Shown one piece after another: positions 7,957-17,385 of a stretch of DNA of 64,000 nucleotides (positions are counted from its first letter, which is position 1; each line of letters opens with the position of its first letter). The position numbers and the translations under genes are program-made. The notes beneath the pieces were generated by a model. That model had not been told where the DNA came from, did not search any database, and was given only the letters and a program-made list of their open reading frames with translations. This DNA is from Thermoplasmata archaeon (GTDB taxonomy: Archaea > Thermoplasmatota > Thermoplasmata > Lutacidiplasmatales > UBA184), in assembly GCA_035502035.1 (NCBI GenBank), contig DATJUZ010000049.1, positions 5,475 through 69,474 of the forward strand, in the 5' to 3' direction.

Positions 7957-10335
7957 TTAGCTCTTCGCGGTGAACTTGACGTTCACCGTCAGCGGTCCGC
8001 CCGCCACCTGGACGCCCCCCGAGGCGGGCGCCGCGACCTCGCCGGAGATCTTCCCGACGTGGAACGAGTAGCTGCCGTTCTTGAGGTAGAGGACGATCGT
8101 GTTCGTGCTCGAGCTGACCGACGTCCCGCCCGCGCTGACCTTCCAGGTGTAGCTGCCGGTCAGCCCGGTCTCGTGGAACGTCACCGGGTAGGCGTACTCG
8201 ACCTTCAGGCTCGCGCTGTGCACGAGGGCGATCGCGCCGCTCGCGGAAAGCACGGTGTGTCCCTGACGGACGATCGTCGTCAGGTTCCCGATGCTCCCGA
8301 CCGAGTAGTTGTACGTCCCCGGGGTCAGGTCCTTGATGATGATGCTCGTGCCCGTGCTGCAGACCGGGGCGCCGACGGTCGCGCACCAGGAGGTCCCGCT
8401 GGCGAGCCCCTGCTCGTGGAAGGCGAGGTTGCCGGTCGAGCCCTTCAGGAAGACGACCGACGTGCTGACCCCCAGCCCGTTGACCCGCACCTGGCCCTGC
8501 GGCGTCAGGACCGAGCTGACGCGATAGCCGCTCGGGCCGGTGATGAGGTAGGTGTAGGTGCCGTTCCCGACGTAGAACGTCATCGACGTCCCCTTGGTCG
8601 AGTTCGCCGCGTCGCCGAGCGTCACGCTCCAGCTCTTGGCGCGGTGCCCGGTCGGCAGGCCGCTCTCCGAGAACGTCACGGCGTAGGTCACGAGCCGGAA
8701 CGGCACCGGCACGGTCTGCCCGGCGCCGCTGACGAGGACCGAGCCGTTCTTCGCGATCGGGACGTAGCCGGCGAGCGCGGGGATCGTGTAGTCGAACGTT
8801 CCGTTCGGGAGCTGGGTCGAAACGGTGGTGGAGTGCGTTGACAGGACGCGGGAATCGACGTGAACGCTCCAGAGCGAGCTCGTCGGGAGCCCCGACTCGC
8901 TGAAGACGATGGTGTAGGTGACCTGGGCGAACGGCAGCGTGAGCGAGGTGTTGCTCCCGCTGACGACCTGCGTGCCGATCGTCAGGGTCGTCGCGTAGCC
9001 GGCGATGTAGCCGACCTTGTACGGGTAGCTTCCGTTCGGCTCGATGAACTGGAGGCTCGTGCCGGTCGTCGACTGGACCGAGCCGTTCAGGTCGAGCGAC
9101 CAGTTCGTCCCCGCGGGCAGGCCGGTCTCCGAAAAGCCGACCCCGTAGGTCACGAGCACGAAGTTCACGGTCGTCTCGGTGACCCCGGCGCCGGAGATCG
9201 TCACGGAGCCGTGGTACGGGAGCGTCGCCTGGTACCAACCGGAGATCGTCGAGATCCGGTAGGTGAACGTCCCGTTCGGCTCCACGAACTGCACGAGGTC
9301 GGTGCCGCCGTCGGCGACGACCGACTCGACGTTCGCGCCGACGGTGACCTGGAAGACCTTGCCGGCCGGAAGTCCGCTCTCGGAGAAGATCACCGGGAAC
9401 GTCGACTTCGTGTAGGCGAGCGTCGGCTCGACGGTGTTGGCGTCGTTGACGACGACGGTCCCGCTCATTGCGAGGGTCCCTTCCTGCCAGCCGGCGATCT
9501 TCGTGATCGCGTACGGATAGGTGCCGTTCGGCAGCCCCGTCCAGGTGAGCGTCCCCTTGCCGTTCGTGGTCGTCAGGGACATCGGGGTCCCGTCGACCGA
9601 GACCGCGAAGGTGAGCCCCGCGGGAAGGCCGGTCTCCGAGAACTGGACCGTGTAGGTGACCTGGGTGTAGGTGAGCGTCGGTTCGGCGAGCGCCGCGCCA
9701 TGTACCGTGAGCGTCCCGCGGTAGGGGATCGTCGACTGGGCCCAGCCGCTGATCGCGGAGACGGCGTAGCTCCAGGTGCCGTTCGGTTCGAGGAACGTGA
9801 GGGTGTCGGTCCCGCCGTCCGTCGTCAGCGCCTGCGGGGTGCCGTTCACGGCGACCTGGAACGTCTCCCCCGACGGGACACCGGTCTCGGAGAACGAGAC
9901 GCTGTAGGTCACCTGGGTGTACATCAGGGTCGGCTCGGTGAACGGGGCGGCGGAAACGGTGAGGCTGCCCTTGTACGGGATCGTCGACTGCTGCCAGCCC
10001 GAGATCCCCGAGACCGTGTAGGAGTACGTCCCGTTCGGCTCGGAGAAGACGAGGTCGTCGGTGAGGCCGTCGGTGGTCGTCGAGCTCGTCGAGTGGCCGA
10101 CCATCACCTGCCACAATAGGCCGGACGGCAGCCCGCTCTCGGAGAAGGTGACGAGGTAGGAGTGCGGGCCGGCGAGGTGGCCCGGGCTGGCGGGAGAGCG
10201 CTCCCCGGAGGCGAGGTGCCCCGGGGAGGCGGGGGCGGCGGAGGCGACCGCGACCGCGAGGACCCCGAGCGTAGAGGCGGCGAGAAGGGCGACGACGAGC
10301 ACGGCTCCAAGACGAGCGACGGGAGAGCGCGACAT
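7957..10335 (-). CDS. Secreted surface glycoprotein built of nine ~80-aa VxFxESGLPxG repeats
   Basis: Signal peptide followed by nine repeats, most with an NG(T/S)Y sequon. Rich in Thr, Ser, Gly and Val. Confidence 0.85.
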   Translation of the reverse strand: MSRSPVARLGAVLVVALLAASTLGVLAVAVASAAPASPGHLASGERSPASPGHLAGPHSYLVTFSESGLPSGLLWQVMVGHSTSSTTTDGLTDDLVFSEPNGTYSYTVSGISGWQQSTIPYKGSLTVSAAPFTEPTLMYTQVTYSVSFSETGVPSGETFQVAVNGTPQALTTDGGTDTLTFLEPNGTWSYAVSAISGWAQSTIPYRGTLTVHGAALAEPTLTYTQVTYTVQFSETGLPAGLTFAVSVDGTPMSLTTTNGKGTLTWTGLPNGTYPYAITKIAGWQEGTLAMSGTVVVNDANTVEPTLAYTKSTFPVIFSESGLPAGKVFQVTVGANVESVVADGGTDLVQFVEPNGTFTYRISTISGWYQATLPYHGSVTISGAGVTETTVNFVLVTYGVGFSETGLPAGTNWSLDLNGSVQSTTGTSLQFIEPNGSYPYKVGYIAGYATTLTIGTQVVSGSNTSLTLPFAQVTYTIVFSESGLPTSSLWSVHVDSRVLSTHSTTVSTQLPNGTFDYTIPALAGYVPIAKNGSVLVSGAGQTVPVPFRLVTYAVTFSESGLPTGHRAKSWSVTLGDAANSTKGTSMTFYVGNGTYTYLITGPSGYRVSSVLTPQGQVRVNGLGVSTSVVFLKGSTGNLAFHEQGLASGTSWCATVGAPVCSTGTSIIIKDLTPGTYNYSVGSIGNLTTIVRQGHTVLSASGAIALVHSASLKVEYAYPVTFHETGLTGSYTWKVSAGGTSVSSSTNTIVLYLKNGSYSFHVGKISGEVAAPASGGVQVAGGPLTVNVKFTAKS

Positions 10336-10573
10336 GGCTGGCCAATCCGAAAAGCGCTACATAATCTTGCCCCGCCCCCCGGCTGGACCCTGGGGAGGTG
10401 CGCGAGGGTGGAAAACGCAGGCCCGGACGACGGCCGGGGGGCGCCCGGGACCGACCGCCGCACGTCCCGCTCCGCACCCGTGCCGCCTCGGCTGAGCCGC
10501 CCCAGGGCGGCGGCAGGTTTGCTATGCCGCGGTCCTTCGGCCGGTCCCGGCGTCCGTCCGGGGGCGTGAGACG

Positions 10574-11551
10574 ATGATCCTGCTCTCGCTGCTGCTGGTC
10601 GCGATGGCCGCCGGCTTCGCCTACTCCCTCGGCGCGCACTACACCGGGGCGTGCATGGGGATGCCGTACGCCGCCGGGGCGATCCGCCTCGTCCCGGCGC
10701 TCGCCCTCATGGCACCGTTCGTCCTGCTGGGGGCGGTCCTCGCGAGCGGCGGGGTCGAGACGACCGTCGGTCACGGGATCCTGGCGTCGAGCAGCGTCGC
10801 GATCCCCCTCGCCCTCGCGATCGTCGCCTCGGCGTTCTGCCTGACCTCGGTCTACAACTTCGTGCGGATCCCGACCTCGACGATCCAGATCCTCGTGTTC
10901 TCCGTCGTCGGCGCCGGCGTAGCCGACGGGATCGGGATCCAGTGGCGGACGATCGAGACGCTGCTCGGCGTCTGGGCGGCGGCCCCGTTCGCTGCCTGCG
11001 GGCTCGGGTTCCTCTTCGCACGGCTGTTGGACCGGCGCGTCGGAGCGCCGGCGGCGACCGGCCGTCCCGCGGCGCCCCTGGCCCGCACGGCGGCGCTGGC
11101 GTTGGTCGGGATCGGCTCCGCGGCCTCGTTCGCGATGGGGGCGAACGACGTCGCGAACGCCTCGGGCTCGCTCGTGATGACCGGGCTCGTCGGGCTGTTC
11201 CTTGCCGGCCTCATCGGAGGGGTCGGGATGGTCCTCGGGGTGCTGACGTGGGGCCGCCCGCTCCTGCAGCGCGTGGCGTTCGACATCGTGCGCCTGGACG
11301 CGCGGACGGCGGCGGCGTCGCAGCTGGCCCAGGCGACGGTCGTCCTCGTGTCGGTCTCGTTCGGCTACTTCACGTCGATGAACCAGGCGCTCGTCGGGGC
11401 GATGATCGGGGCGGGGCTCGCGCGCTCGGGCGCTACCGTGCAGCGCCGGACCGTGCGGGACATCCTCCTCGGCTGGGGCGTCGGTCCGGTCTCGGGGGCG
11501 GCGCTCGGGGGCGCCCTCGTCCTCGCCCTTCGGGCGGCCCATCTTCTCTAG
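10574..11551 (+). CDS. PiT family inorganic phosphate/anion transporter
   Basis: GANDVANASG signature, IPTSTIQ and TSMNQALVGA motifs, hydrophobic throughout. Confidence 0.85.
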   Translation: MILLSLLLVAMAAGFAYSLGAHYTGACMGMPYAAGAIRLVPALALMAPFVLLGAVLASGGVETTVGHGILASSSVAIPLALAIVASAFCLTSVYNFVRIPTSTIQILVFSVVGAGVADGIGIQWRTIETLLGVWAAAPFAACGLGFLFARLLDRRVGAPAATGRPAAPLARTAALALVGIGSAASFAMGANDVANASGSLVMTGLVGLFLAGLIGGVGMVLGVLTWGRPLLQRVAFDIVRLDARTAAASQLAQATVVLVSVSFGYFTSMNQALVGAMIGAGLARSGATVQRRTVRDILLGWGVGPVSGAALGGALVLALRAAHLL

Positions 11552-11646
11552 GCGACGAGGGGCCCCCGCGAGCGACCATGACACCCCGTTCGGGTAAGCG
11601 AGCCTTTAAGTTACCTACAGATATTCGATAACCCGAGGTAATCACA

Positions 11647-12522
11647 ATGACCGACATCGACCGATCGATCGTGCGGAGGTTCCCAGGGGTCCCGACCCGG
11701 GAGGGGGCCGGCGTCCGCCTGAAGCGCTCGTTCTCCAACGCGGAGGTCCCGCTGTTCGACCCGTTCCTGCTCCTGGACCGGTTCGGCTCCGCCGACCCCG
11801 CGGACTATCTCGCCGGGTTCCCCTGGCATCCGCATCGCGGCATCGAGACGATCACCTACGTCCTGAACGGACGCGTCGAGCATGGCGACACGCTCGGCAA
11901 CTCCGGGGTCATCGCGAACGGGGACGTCCAGTGGATGAACTCCGGCAGCGGCATCGTACACCAGGAGATGCCCCAGCGCACGGACGGAACGTTCGACGGC
12001 TTCCAGCTCTGGCTGAACCGCCCGTCCGGCGAGAAGATGTCGACCCCGGCGTACCGCGGGCTTCGCCAGACGGAGATCCCCCACGTCCCGACCGAGCGGG
12101 GCGGCGAGGTGAAGGTCGTCGCCGGTTCGTTCGGCGGGGCTGAGGGCCCGGTCCGCGGCGTCTCGGTCGAGCCGGAGTACCTGGATGTCCGACTCACACC
12201 GGAGGAACAGCTCGCGCTGCCGGTCCGCGCCGGCCGCAACGGCTTCGCCCACGGGATCGCCGGCTCCGGGACGTTCGCGGGCGACGACGCCCGCCCGCTC
12301 GAGGCGGGGGAGACCGCGCTGTTCGGCGACGGCGACCGGGTCGTCGCTCGCGCCGGACCCGCCGGGATGCGGTTCCTTCTCGCCTCCGGCCGGCCCCTGC
12401 ACGAACCAGTAGCCTGGTACGGGCCGATCGTGATGAACACCCGGGACGAGCTCGCCGCCGCCCTGCTCGAGCTGCGGCGCGGCGACTTCGTCAAGGAGCG
12501 ACGGCCGGTCCTGGAGGGGTAG
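11647..12522 (+). CDS. Pirin family protein
   Basis: DPFLLLD, GFPWHPHRGIETITY, VQWMNSGSGIVHQE, FQLWLN and YGPIVMNT motifs. Confidence 0.95.
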   Translation: MTDIDRSIVRRFPGVPTREGAGVRLKRSFSNAEVPLFDPFLLLDRFGSADPADYLAGFPWHPHRGIETITYVLNGRVEHGDTLGNSGVIANGDVQWMNSGSGIVHQEMPQRTDGTFDGFQLWLNRPSGEKMSTPAYRGLRQTEIPHVPTERGGEVKVVAGSFGGAEGPVRGVSVEPEYLDVRLTPEEQLALPVRAGRNGFAHGIAGSGTFAGDDARPLEAGETALFGDGDRVVARAGPAGMRFLLASGRPLHEPVAWYGPIVMNTRDELAAALLELRRGDFVKERRPVLEG

Positions 12523-13561
12523 GCCCCGCTCCGGGGTCGGCGACCAGCCTCTCGAGGGCCCTCCGGAGGACGCGCGCCGCGCGGCCGAGCTCCGCGACCG
12601 AGAGCGCCTCCCGGTCGGTGTGGTCGAGGCGGGCGTCGCCGGGACCGTAGGCGGCGCCCCCGCAGTGCCACGCCGGCACGACCAGGTTGAGGTCGCTCGT
12701 GCCGCCCTTGCGCCAGAGCGTCGGCCGTCCCCCCTCGTCCCGGATCCCGCGGCAGAGCGCGGCGACGACCGCCGCGTCCCGGGGGAGCTCGGTCGCCTCG
12801 ATCCGCGCGAGGATGCGGAGGCGGGGTGCGGGGGGGCCGCGGGGGAGCTCGGCGAGGACCGTGGACGTCGAGAGCCCCGGAGGGAGGCGGAGGTCGACGG
12901 TCACGGTAGCGACCTCCGGGTCGGAGGATGGCTCGCTCGTGCATCCGACCGCCTTCACCGTCAGGGAACGGAACGGGCTCGGGCCGGCATGTCGCGCCGC
13001 CAGCCCCCGGAGCTCGGCGACCCAGTCGACGGCGAGGTCGGTCGCCGTGGGGACCGGCGCCGACCAGTGGCGGCGGGGGCGCCGGAACGTCGCCGCGAGC
13101 CGCAGGTCGCCCTTGTAGCCGATCGTCACCCCATCCCACCCGCTCGGCTCGCCCGCGATCACCGCCCGCGGCGCCGCCCCGCGGGCGACCGCGCGCGCTC
13201 CCCGGCTGTCGGTCTCTTCCCCGACCGCCGCGACGATGCGGAACGAGCCGGGCCCCCGGAACCCCCGGCCGGCGATCAGCGCTGCCGCGAGCGCGCCCTT
13301 CGCGTCGACGGCGCCCCGGCCGTGGATGCGGCCCCGCCGCCGCACGACCGGACGCTCGCCCTCGACCGTGTCGATGTGACCGAGGAAGACGACCCGGGGC
13401 CCGCGGCCCCCGACCTCCGCGATCCCGTTCCCGGCACGGTCCTGCCGGGCCCGGTAGCCGAGCTCGCGGGCGAGCCGCACGAACGACCGGACGGCCCGCG
13501 CCTCCGAGCCCGAGGGACTGTAGGACGCGAGCAGTCGCTCGAGGACCGACGCGTCATCCAT
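12491..13561 (-). CDS. lysK: [LysW]-lysine/[LysW]-ornithine hydrolase (M20 family)
   Basis: GHIDTV, GRGAVDAKG, GEETDS, GEPSGW, GTSDLN and YGPGD..LDH motifs. Last gene of the lysW operon. Confidence 0.9.
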   Translation of the reverse strand: MDDASVLERLLASYSPSGSEARAVRSFVRLARELGYRARQDRAGNGIAEVGGRGPRVVFLGHIDTVEGERPVVRRRGRIHGRGAVDAKGALAAALIAGRGFRGPGSFRIVAAVGEETDSRGARAVARGAAPRAVIAGEPSGWDGVTIGYKGDLRLAATFRRPRRHWSAPVPTATDLAVDWVAELRGLAARHAGPSPFRSLTVKAVGCTSEPSSDPEVATVTVDLRLPPGLSTSTVLAELPRGPPAPRLRILARIEATELPRDAAVVAALCRGIRDEGGRPTLWRKGGTSDLNLVVPAWHCGGAAYGPGDARLDHTDREALSVAELGRAARVLRRALERLVADPGAGPTPPGPAVAP

Positions 13562-14708
13562 CGGCGATCGCCTCGGCGAGCGCCGCCAGGCCTCCGGCCC
13601 AGTCCTCCTCCCCGATGACGAGCGGGGGGAGCAGACGGACGACCGTGCCTCCCGCGGGGATCGCGAGGTAGCCCCGTCGCTGGAGCCCCGCCAGCACGGG
13701 GGCCGCCCGCTCCCGCAGCTCGATCCCCCACATCAGGCCGAGTCCGCGGACCTCGCGGACCGCCGAAGGGGGGAGCGCGGAGAGGGGAGCCCGCGCCTGC
13801 TCCCCCAGCCGGGCGGCGCGCGCGGGAAGCCCCTCGCGCTCGAGGACCTCGAGGGCGGCGAGACCGGCCGCGCAGGCGAGCGGGTTTCCCCCGAACGTCG
13901 AGTGATGGCTCCCCCGGAAGCGTGCCTCGACGTCCGCCGTCGTGACGGTCGCGCCGATCGGCACGCCCCCGGCGAGCGACTTCGACAGCGCGAGGAGGTC
14001 GGGGACGACCCCGGCGTGCTCGAACGCGAACCACCGGCCGGTCCGCCCGAGGCCGCTCTGGACCTCGTCGAACGCGAGGAGGGCGCCGGCGCGGTCGGCC
14101 GCCGCCCGCGCCGCGCGCAGGAACCCCGGGCTCCCGACGTGGACGCCTCCTTCCCCCTGGACCGGCTCGAGCAGGACGAGCGCCGTCCGTTCGTCGACCG
14201 CTGCCTCGAGCGCCGCGACGTCGTTGTAGGTCACGTGCTCGAAGCCGGGGACGAGCGGCTCGAACGGCTCGCGGAGCTCCTTCCGCCAGGTCGCGCTGAG
14301 GGCCCCGAGGGTGCGGCCGTGGAAGCCGCGTCGGGCGGCGACGACCTTCGGCCGGCCGGTCGCCGAGCGCGCGATCTTGATCGCCGCCTCGATCGCCTCG
14401 GTCCCCGAGTTCGAGAGGAAGACGCGCGCGAACCCCGGGGGCAGCCGGCGCAGGAGCCCGTCGACGAACGCCTCCCGCACGGGGTTCGCGTACCCCGAGC
14501 CGAGGTAGATCAGTCGGCCCGCCTGCTCCTGGATCGCCCGTACGACCTCGGGCCGGCACGCCCCGAGGTTGCCGACGCCGTGGGTCGCGCCGAGGTCGAC
14601 GTAGCGTCGCCCGTCGGCGCCGAACAGCGCGGCGCCCTCGCCCCGGACGATCGTCAGGCGCTCCCGCCCGCCCTCGCCGAACTCCGCGCCCCGGTGCCCC
14701 TCGTTCAC
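13554..14708 (-). CDS. lysJ: [LysW]-aminoadipate/glutamate semialdehyde transaminase (class III PLP)
   Basis: NSGTEAIEAAIK, FHGRTLG, EPVQGEGG, DEVQSGLGRTG, SKSLAGG and STFGGNP motifs. The GTG start overlaps the lysZ stop. Confidence 0.92.
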   Translation of the reverse strand: MNEGHRGAEFGEGGRERLTIVRGEGAALFGADGRRYVDLGATHGVGNLGACRPEVVRAIQEQAGRLIYLGSGYANPVREAFVDGLLRRLPPGFARVFLSNSGTEAIEAAIKIARSATGRPKVVAARRGFHGRTLGALSATWRKELREPFEPLVPGFEHVTYNDVAALEAAVDERTALVLLEPVQGEGGVHVGSPGFLRAARAAADRAGALLAFDEVQSGLGRTGRWFAFEHAGVVPDLLALSKSLAGGVPIGATVTTADVEARFRGSHHSTFGGNPLACAAGLAALEVLEREGLPARAARLGEQARAPLSALPPSAVREVRGLGLMWGIELRERAAPVLAGLQRRGYLAIPAGGTVVRLLPPLVIGEEDWAGGLAALAEAIADG

Positions 14709-15499
14709 GCGCAGACCGTCCCTTCGCCGGCGAGGGCCCGACGGATCGGGGCGTCGACCCGGGAGGAGGCGATCACGACCCGGCCGACCCCGCCGTCGAG
14801 CGCCGCGCGCGCCGCGCGGAGCTTCTTCTTCATCCGACCCTGCGCGAGCTCCGCGAGCCGTCCGAACTGCGCGCGCGGGATCTCCGCCACGACGCTCGCC
14901 GGGTCGTCCGGGGAGCGCAGCAGGCCGGGGACGTTCGTCAGGAGCAGCAACGCCTCCGCGCCGAGCCCGACCGCGACCGAGGCGGCGACGGCGTCGGCGT
15001 CGACGTTGACGACCTCGCCCTCGGCGGTCACCGCCGGCGGCCCGACGACCGGCACGACCCCGAGGGCGATCATCCCCCGGAGGAGCTGCACGTCGACGCG
15101 CTCGACGGTGCCGGCCCGGTCGTCGGCGAGGTGGACGACGCGCCCGTCCACGACCGCCCGGGCGCCGGTCTTGCGTCGGGCGACGAGGAGACGGCCGTCG
15201 ACCCCCGACAGGCCGACCGCTCGGACGCCCCGGGCGCCGAGCCCGGCGACCAGGTCGGTCTGGACCTTCCCCGCGAGCGCGAGCACGACCGTCTCCAGCT
15301 GGGCCGGGTCGCACCGTCGGGAGACGACCCCGCTCGGGCTCGTGTAGTGCTCGGCCGGGCGGCCGAGCGCCGTCCCGAGACGGTCGATCTCCTCCGAGCC
15401 CCCGTGCACGAGCACGACGTCCGGCCGCCCGGCGAGATCGTCCAGCACCGTGGTTGCGCTGTTGCCGGCCGCCCCCCCTATCTTGACGACGATCGTCGT
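14705..15499 (-). CDS. lysZ: [LysW]-aminoadipate/glutamate kinase; start codon non-canonical or uncertain
   Basis: IVVKIGG, VLVHGGS, SPSGVVSR, NVDAD and GRMKKKL motifs. There is no ATG/GTG/TTG between the lysY stop and the KIGG motif; ACG at 15499 or 15496 is proposed. Confidence 0.85.
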   Translation of the reverse strand, partial: TTIVVKIGGAAGNSATTVLDDLAGRPDVVLVHGGSEEIDRLGTALGRPAEHYTSPSGVVSRRCDPAQLETVVLALAGKVQTDLVAGLGARGVRAVGLSGVDGRLLVARRKTGARAVVDGRVVHLADDRAGTVERVDVQLLRGMIALGVVPVVGPPAVTAEGEVVNVDADAVAASVAVGLGAEALLLLTNVPGLLRSPDDPASVVAEIPRAQFGRLAELAQGRMKKKLRAARAALDGGVGRVVIASSRVDAPIRRALAGEGTVCA

Positions 15500-15511
15500 G
15501 GCGCTCCCCTC

Positions 15512-16537
15512 CTAGGTCGGGTGGAGCCCGAGGAACCCGAGGCCCCGGGTCTCCGGCAGGCCGAACCGTACGTTGAGGCACTGGACGGCGGCGCCGGCCG
15601 CGCCCTTGCCGAGATTGTCGAGCGCCCCGAGCAGGACCGTCCGGCGGTGCTCCGGGTCCGGGGCGAAGCCGACGTCGCAGAAGTTCGTGCCCGCGAGGAT
15701 CTTCGGCTCCGGCTCGCGGTGGATCCCGTCCGGGTCGTGGACGACCCGCACGAACGGCTCGTGGCCGTACGCCGAGCGGTAGAGCCTCCAGAGCTCGCGC
15801 TCGTCCGGGGGCTCCGCGCCGAGCACGTGGACCGTCGCCAGCACCCCTCGGACCGCCTCCACCGCATGGCAGCTGAGCGCCGCGCGGACCCCGGTCTCCT
15901 GCTCGACCTCGGCGGCGTGGCGGTGGCCGGCCGGGGCGTAGGCCCGCATCACCCCGGAGCGCTCGGCGTGCTGGCCGGCCGGGCCGGCGTCGTGACCCCC
16001 CGCGGAGGAGCCGCTCTTCGCGTCGACGACCGCCGAAAGGTCGCCCGCGCGCGCGGACGCGGCGAGCGGCCGCAACGCGAGGATCGTCGCGGTGGCGATG
16101 CAGCCCGGCACGGCGATCAGGCGCGCCCGACGCAGCTCGTCCCGGTGCGCCTCCGGCAGTCCGTAGACCGCCTCGGCGAGCAGCTCCGGGTGCGGGTGCG
16201 CGCCCCGGTAGTAGCGAGGGTAGGCGGCCGGGTCCCGCAGGCGGTGATCGGCCGAGAGGTCGACGACCGTCCCGCCGTTCGCGAGGAGCTCGGGCATCGG
16301 CCCCATCGCCTCGCCGTGGGGCGTCGCGAGGAACGTGACGTCCGCCGGCTTGAGCTCGGAGCGGCGCGCGAAGACGAGGTCGGTCGCGCGCCGGAGGTTC
16401 GGGTGGGCCCGGAACAGCGGGCGGCCGGCCATCGACTCGCTCGTCACCTGGGTGACCGTCACGTCCGGATGGCCGAGCAGGAGACGGACGACCTCGCCCC
16501 CGACGAAGCCCGAGCCGCCGACGACCGCGACGTTCAT
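15512..16537 (-). CDS. lysY: [LysW]-aminoadipyl/glutamyl-phosphate reductase (ArgC family)
   Basis: VAVVGGSGFVGGE, FLATPHG, DLSADHRL, AVYGLPE, PGCIAT and DNLGKGAAG motifs. Confidence 0.95.
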   Translation of the reverse strand: MNVAVVGGSGFVGGEVVRLLLGHPDVTVTQVTSESMAGRPLFRAHPNLRRATDLVFARRSELKPADVTFLATPHGEAMGPMPELLANGGTVVDLSADHRLRDPAAYPRYYRGAHPHPELLAEAVYGLPEAHRDELRRARLIAVPGCIATATILALRPLAASARAGDLSAVVDAKSGSSAGGHDAGPAGQHAERSGVMRAYAPAGHRHAAEVEQETGVRAALSCHAVEAVRGVLATVHVLGAEPPDERELWRLYRSAYGHEPFVRVVHDPDGIHREPEPKILAGTNFCDVGFAPDPEHRRTVLLGALDNLGKGAAGAAVQCLNVRFGLPETRGLGFLGLHPT

Positions 16538-17385
16538 CGTCGGCCGAGCCCGACGGCGTAGTCGACGATCGGCCCGGCGACGTCCGCGCCGGTCGCCGCG
16601 GTGAGCGCCTTGAACTCGGGGGTCGGATTCACCTCGTGGACGACCAGCCCCCGGGGCGACTCCATCAGGTCGACGGCGAGGACCCCGCCCCCGACGGCGT
16701 CGGCGGCGCGAAGCGCGAGCTCGCCGAGCTCCGGGGTGATCGGCGCGGCCTCCGCGACCGCCCCGCGGGCCGCGTTCGTCCGCCAGGCGGCCGAGCGGCG
16801 GTACATCGCCGCGATCGGCCGCTCGCCGACGACGAGGACGCGCAGGTCGCGCTCGGGCTTCGGGACGAACTCCTGGACGTAGTAGACCGAGTGGACCGGC
16901 GAGGCGAGCGCCTCCTTGTGCTCGATGATCTGCTCGGCGGCGTCCGCGTCGTCGACCTTCGCCATGAGCCGGCCCCACGAGCCGATCGCCGGCTTGAGGA
17001 CGGCGGGGTAGCCGATCGCCCCGACCGCGCGGAGCGCCGCTTCGGCCGACAGCGCGACGATCGTCCGCGGCGTCGGGACCCCCCGCGCGGCGAGGCGCAG
17101 CGACGTGCGGACCTTGTCGCCGGCGAGCTCGAGGACGCCGGAGGCGTTCACGGTCCGCACCCCGTAGTGCTCGAGGCAGAGCGCCGCGTAGAGCGCCCGC
17201 GTGTGGCTCACCGAGCGGTTCAGGACGACCTCCGGTAGGCCGTCCGGCCGCTCGAGGCCGAACGTCGTCTCGCCGTCGTCCAGGCGGACGACGTCGATCC
17301 CCCGGGCCTCCGCCGCCCGGAGGATCGCCTTCTCCTCCGGCCGGACGATCGTCGTGAACAGGCCGAGACGGAAGCCGTTACTCAC
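16534..17385 (-). CDS. lysX: LysX/ArgX ATP-grasp amino acid--LysW ligase (RimK family)
   Basis: VLKPAIGSWGRLM, YVQEFV.KPERDLR, WRTNAARG and HEVNPTPEFK motifs. Confidence 0.95.
   Translation of the reverse strand: MSNGFRLGLFTTIVRPEEKAILRAAEARGIDVVRLDDGETTFGLERPDGLPEVVLNRSVSHTRALYAALCLEHYGVRTVNASGVLELAGDKVRTSLRLAARGVPTPRTIVALSAEAALRAVGAIGYPAVLKPAIGSWGRLMAKVDDADAAEQIIEHKEALASPVHSVYYVQEFVPKPERDLRVLVVGERPIAAMYRRSAAWRTNAARGAVAEAAPITPELGELALRAADAVGGGVLAVDLMESPRGLVVHEVNPTPEFKALTAATGADVAGPIVDYAVGLGRR

Noticed and set aside
7957..10335. Repetitive DNA as a CRISPR array or tandem DNA repeat
   Set aside because: The repeats are degenerate and codon-level, encoding protein domains. There are no identical repeats with spacers and no cas genes.
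15512..15514. Genome-wide amber recoding (pyrrolysine) as the explanation for the lysY-lysZ junction
   Set aside because: TAG ends many genes here at natural C-termini (rpl40e, ferredoxin, archease, argG), and no pyl genes are in the window. Only site-specific readthrough remains possible.
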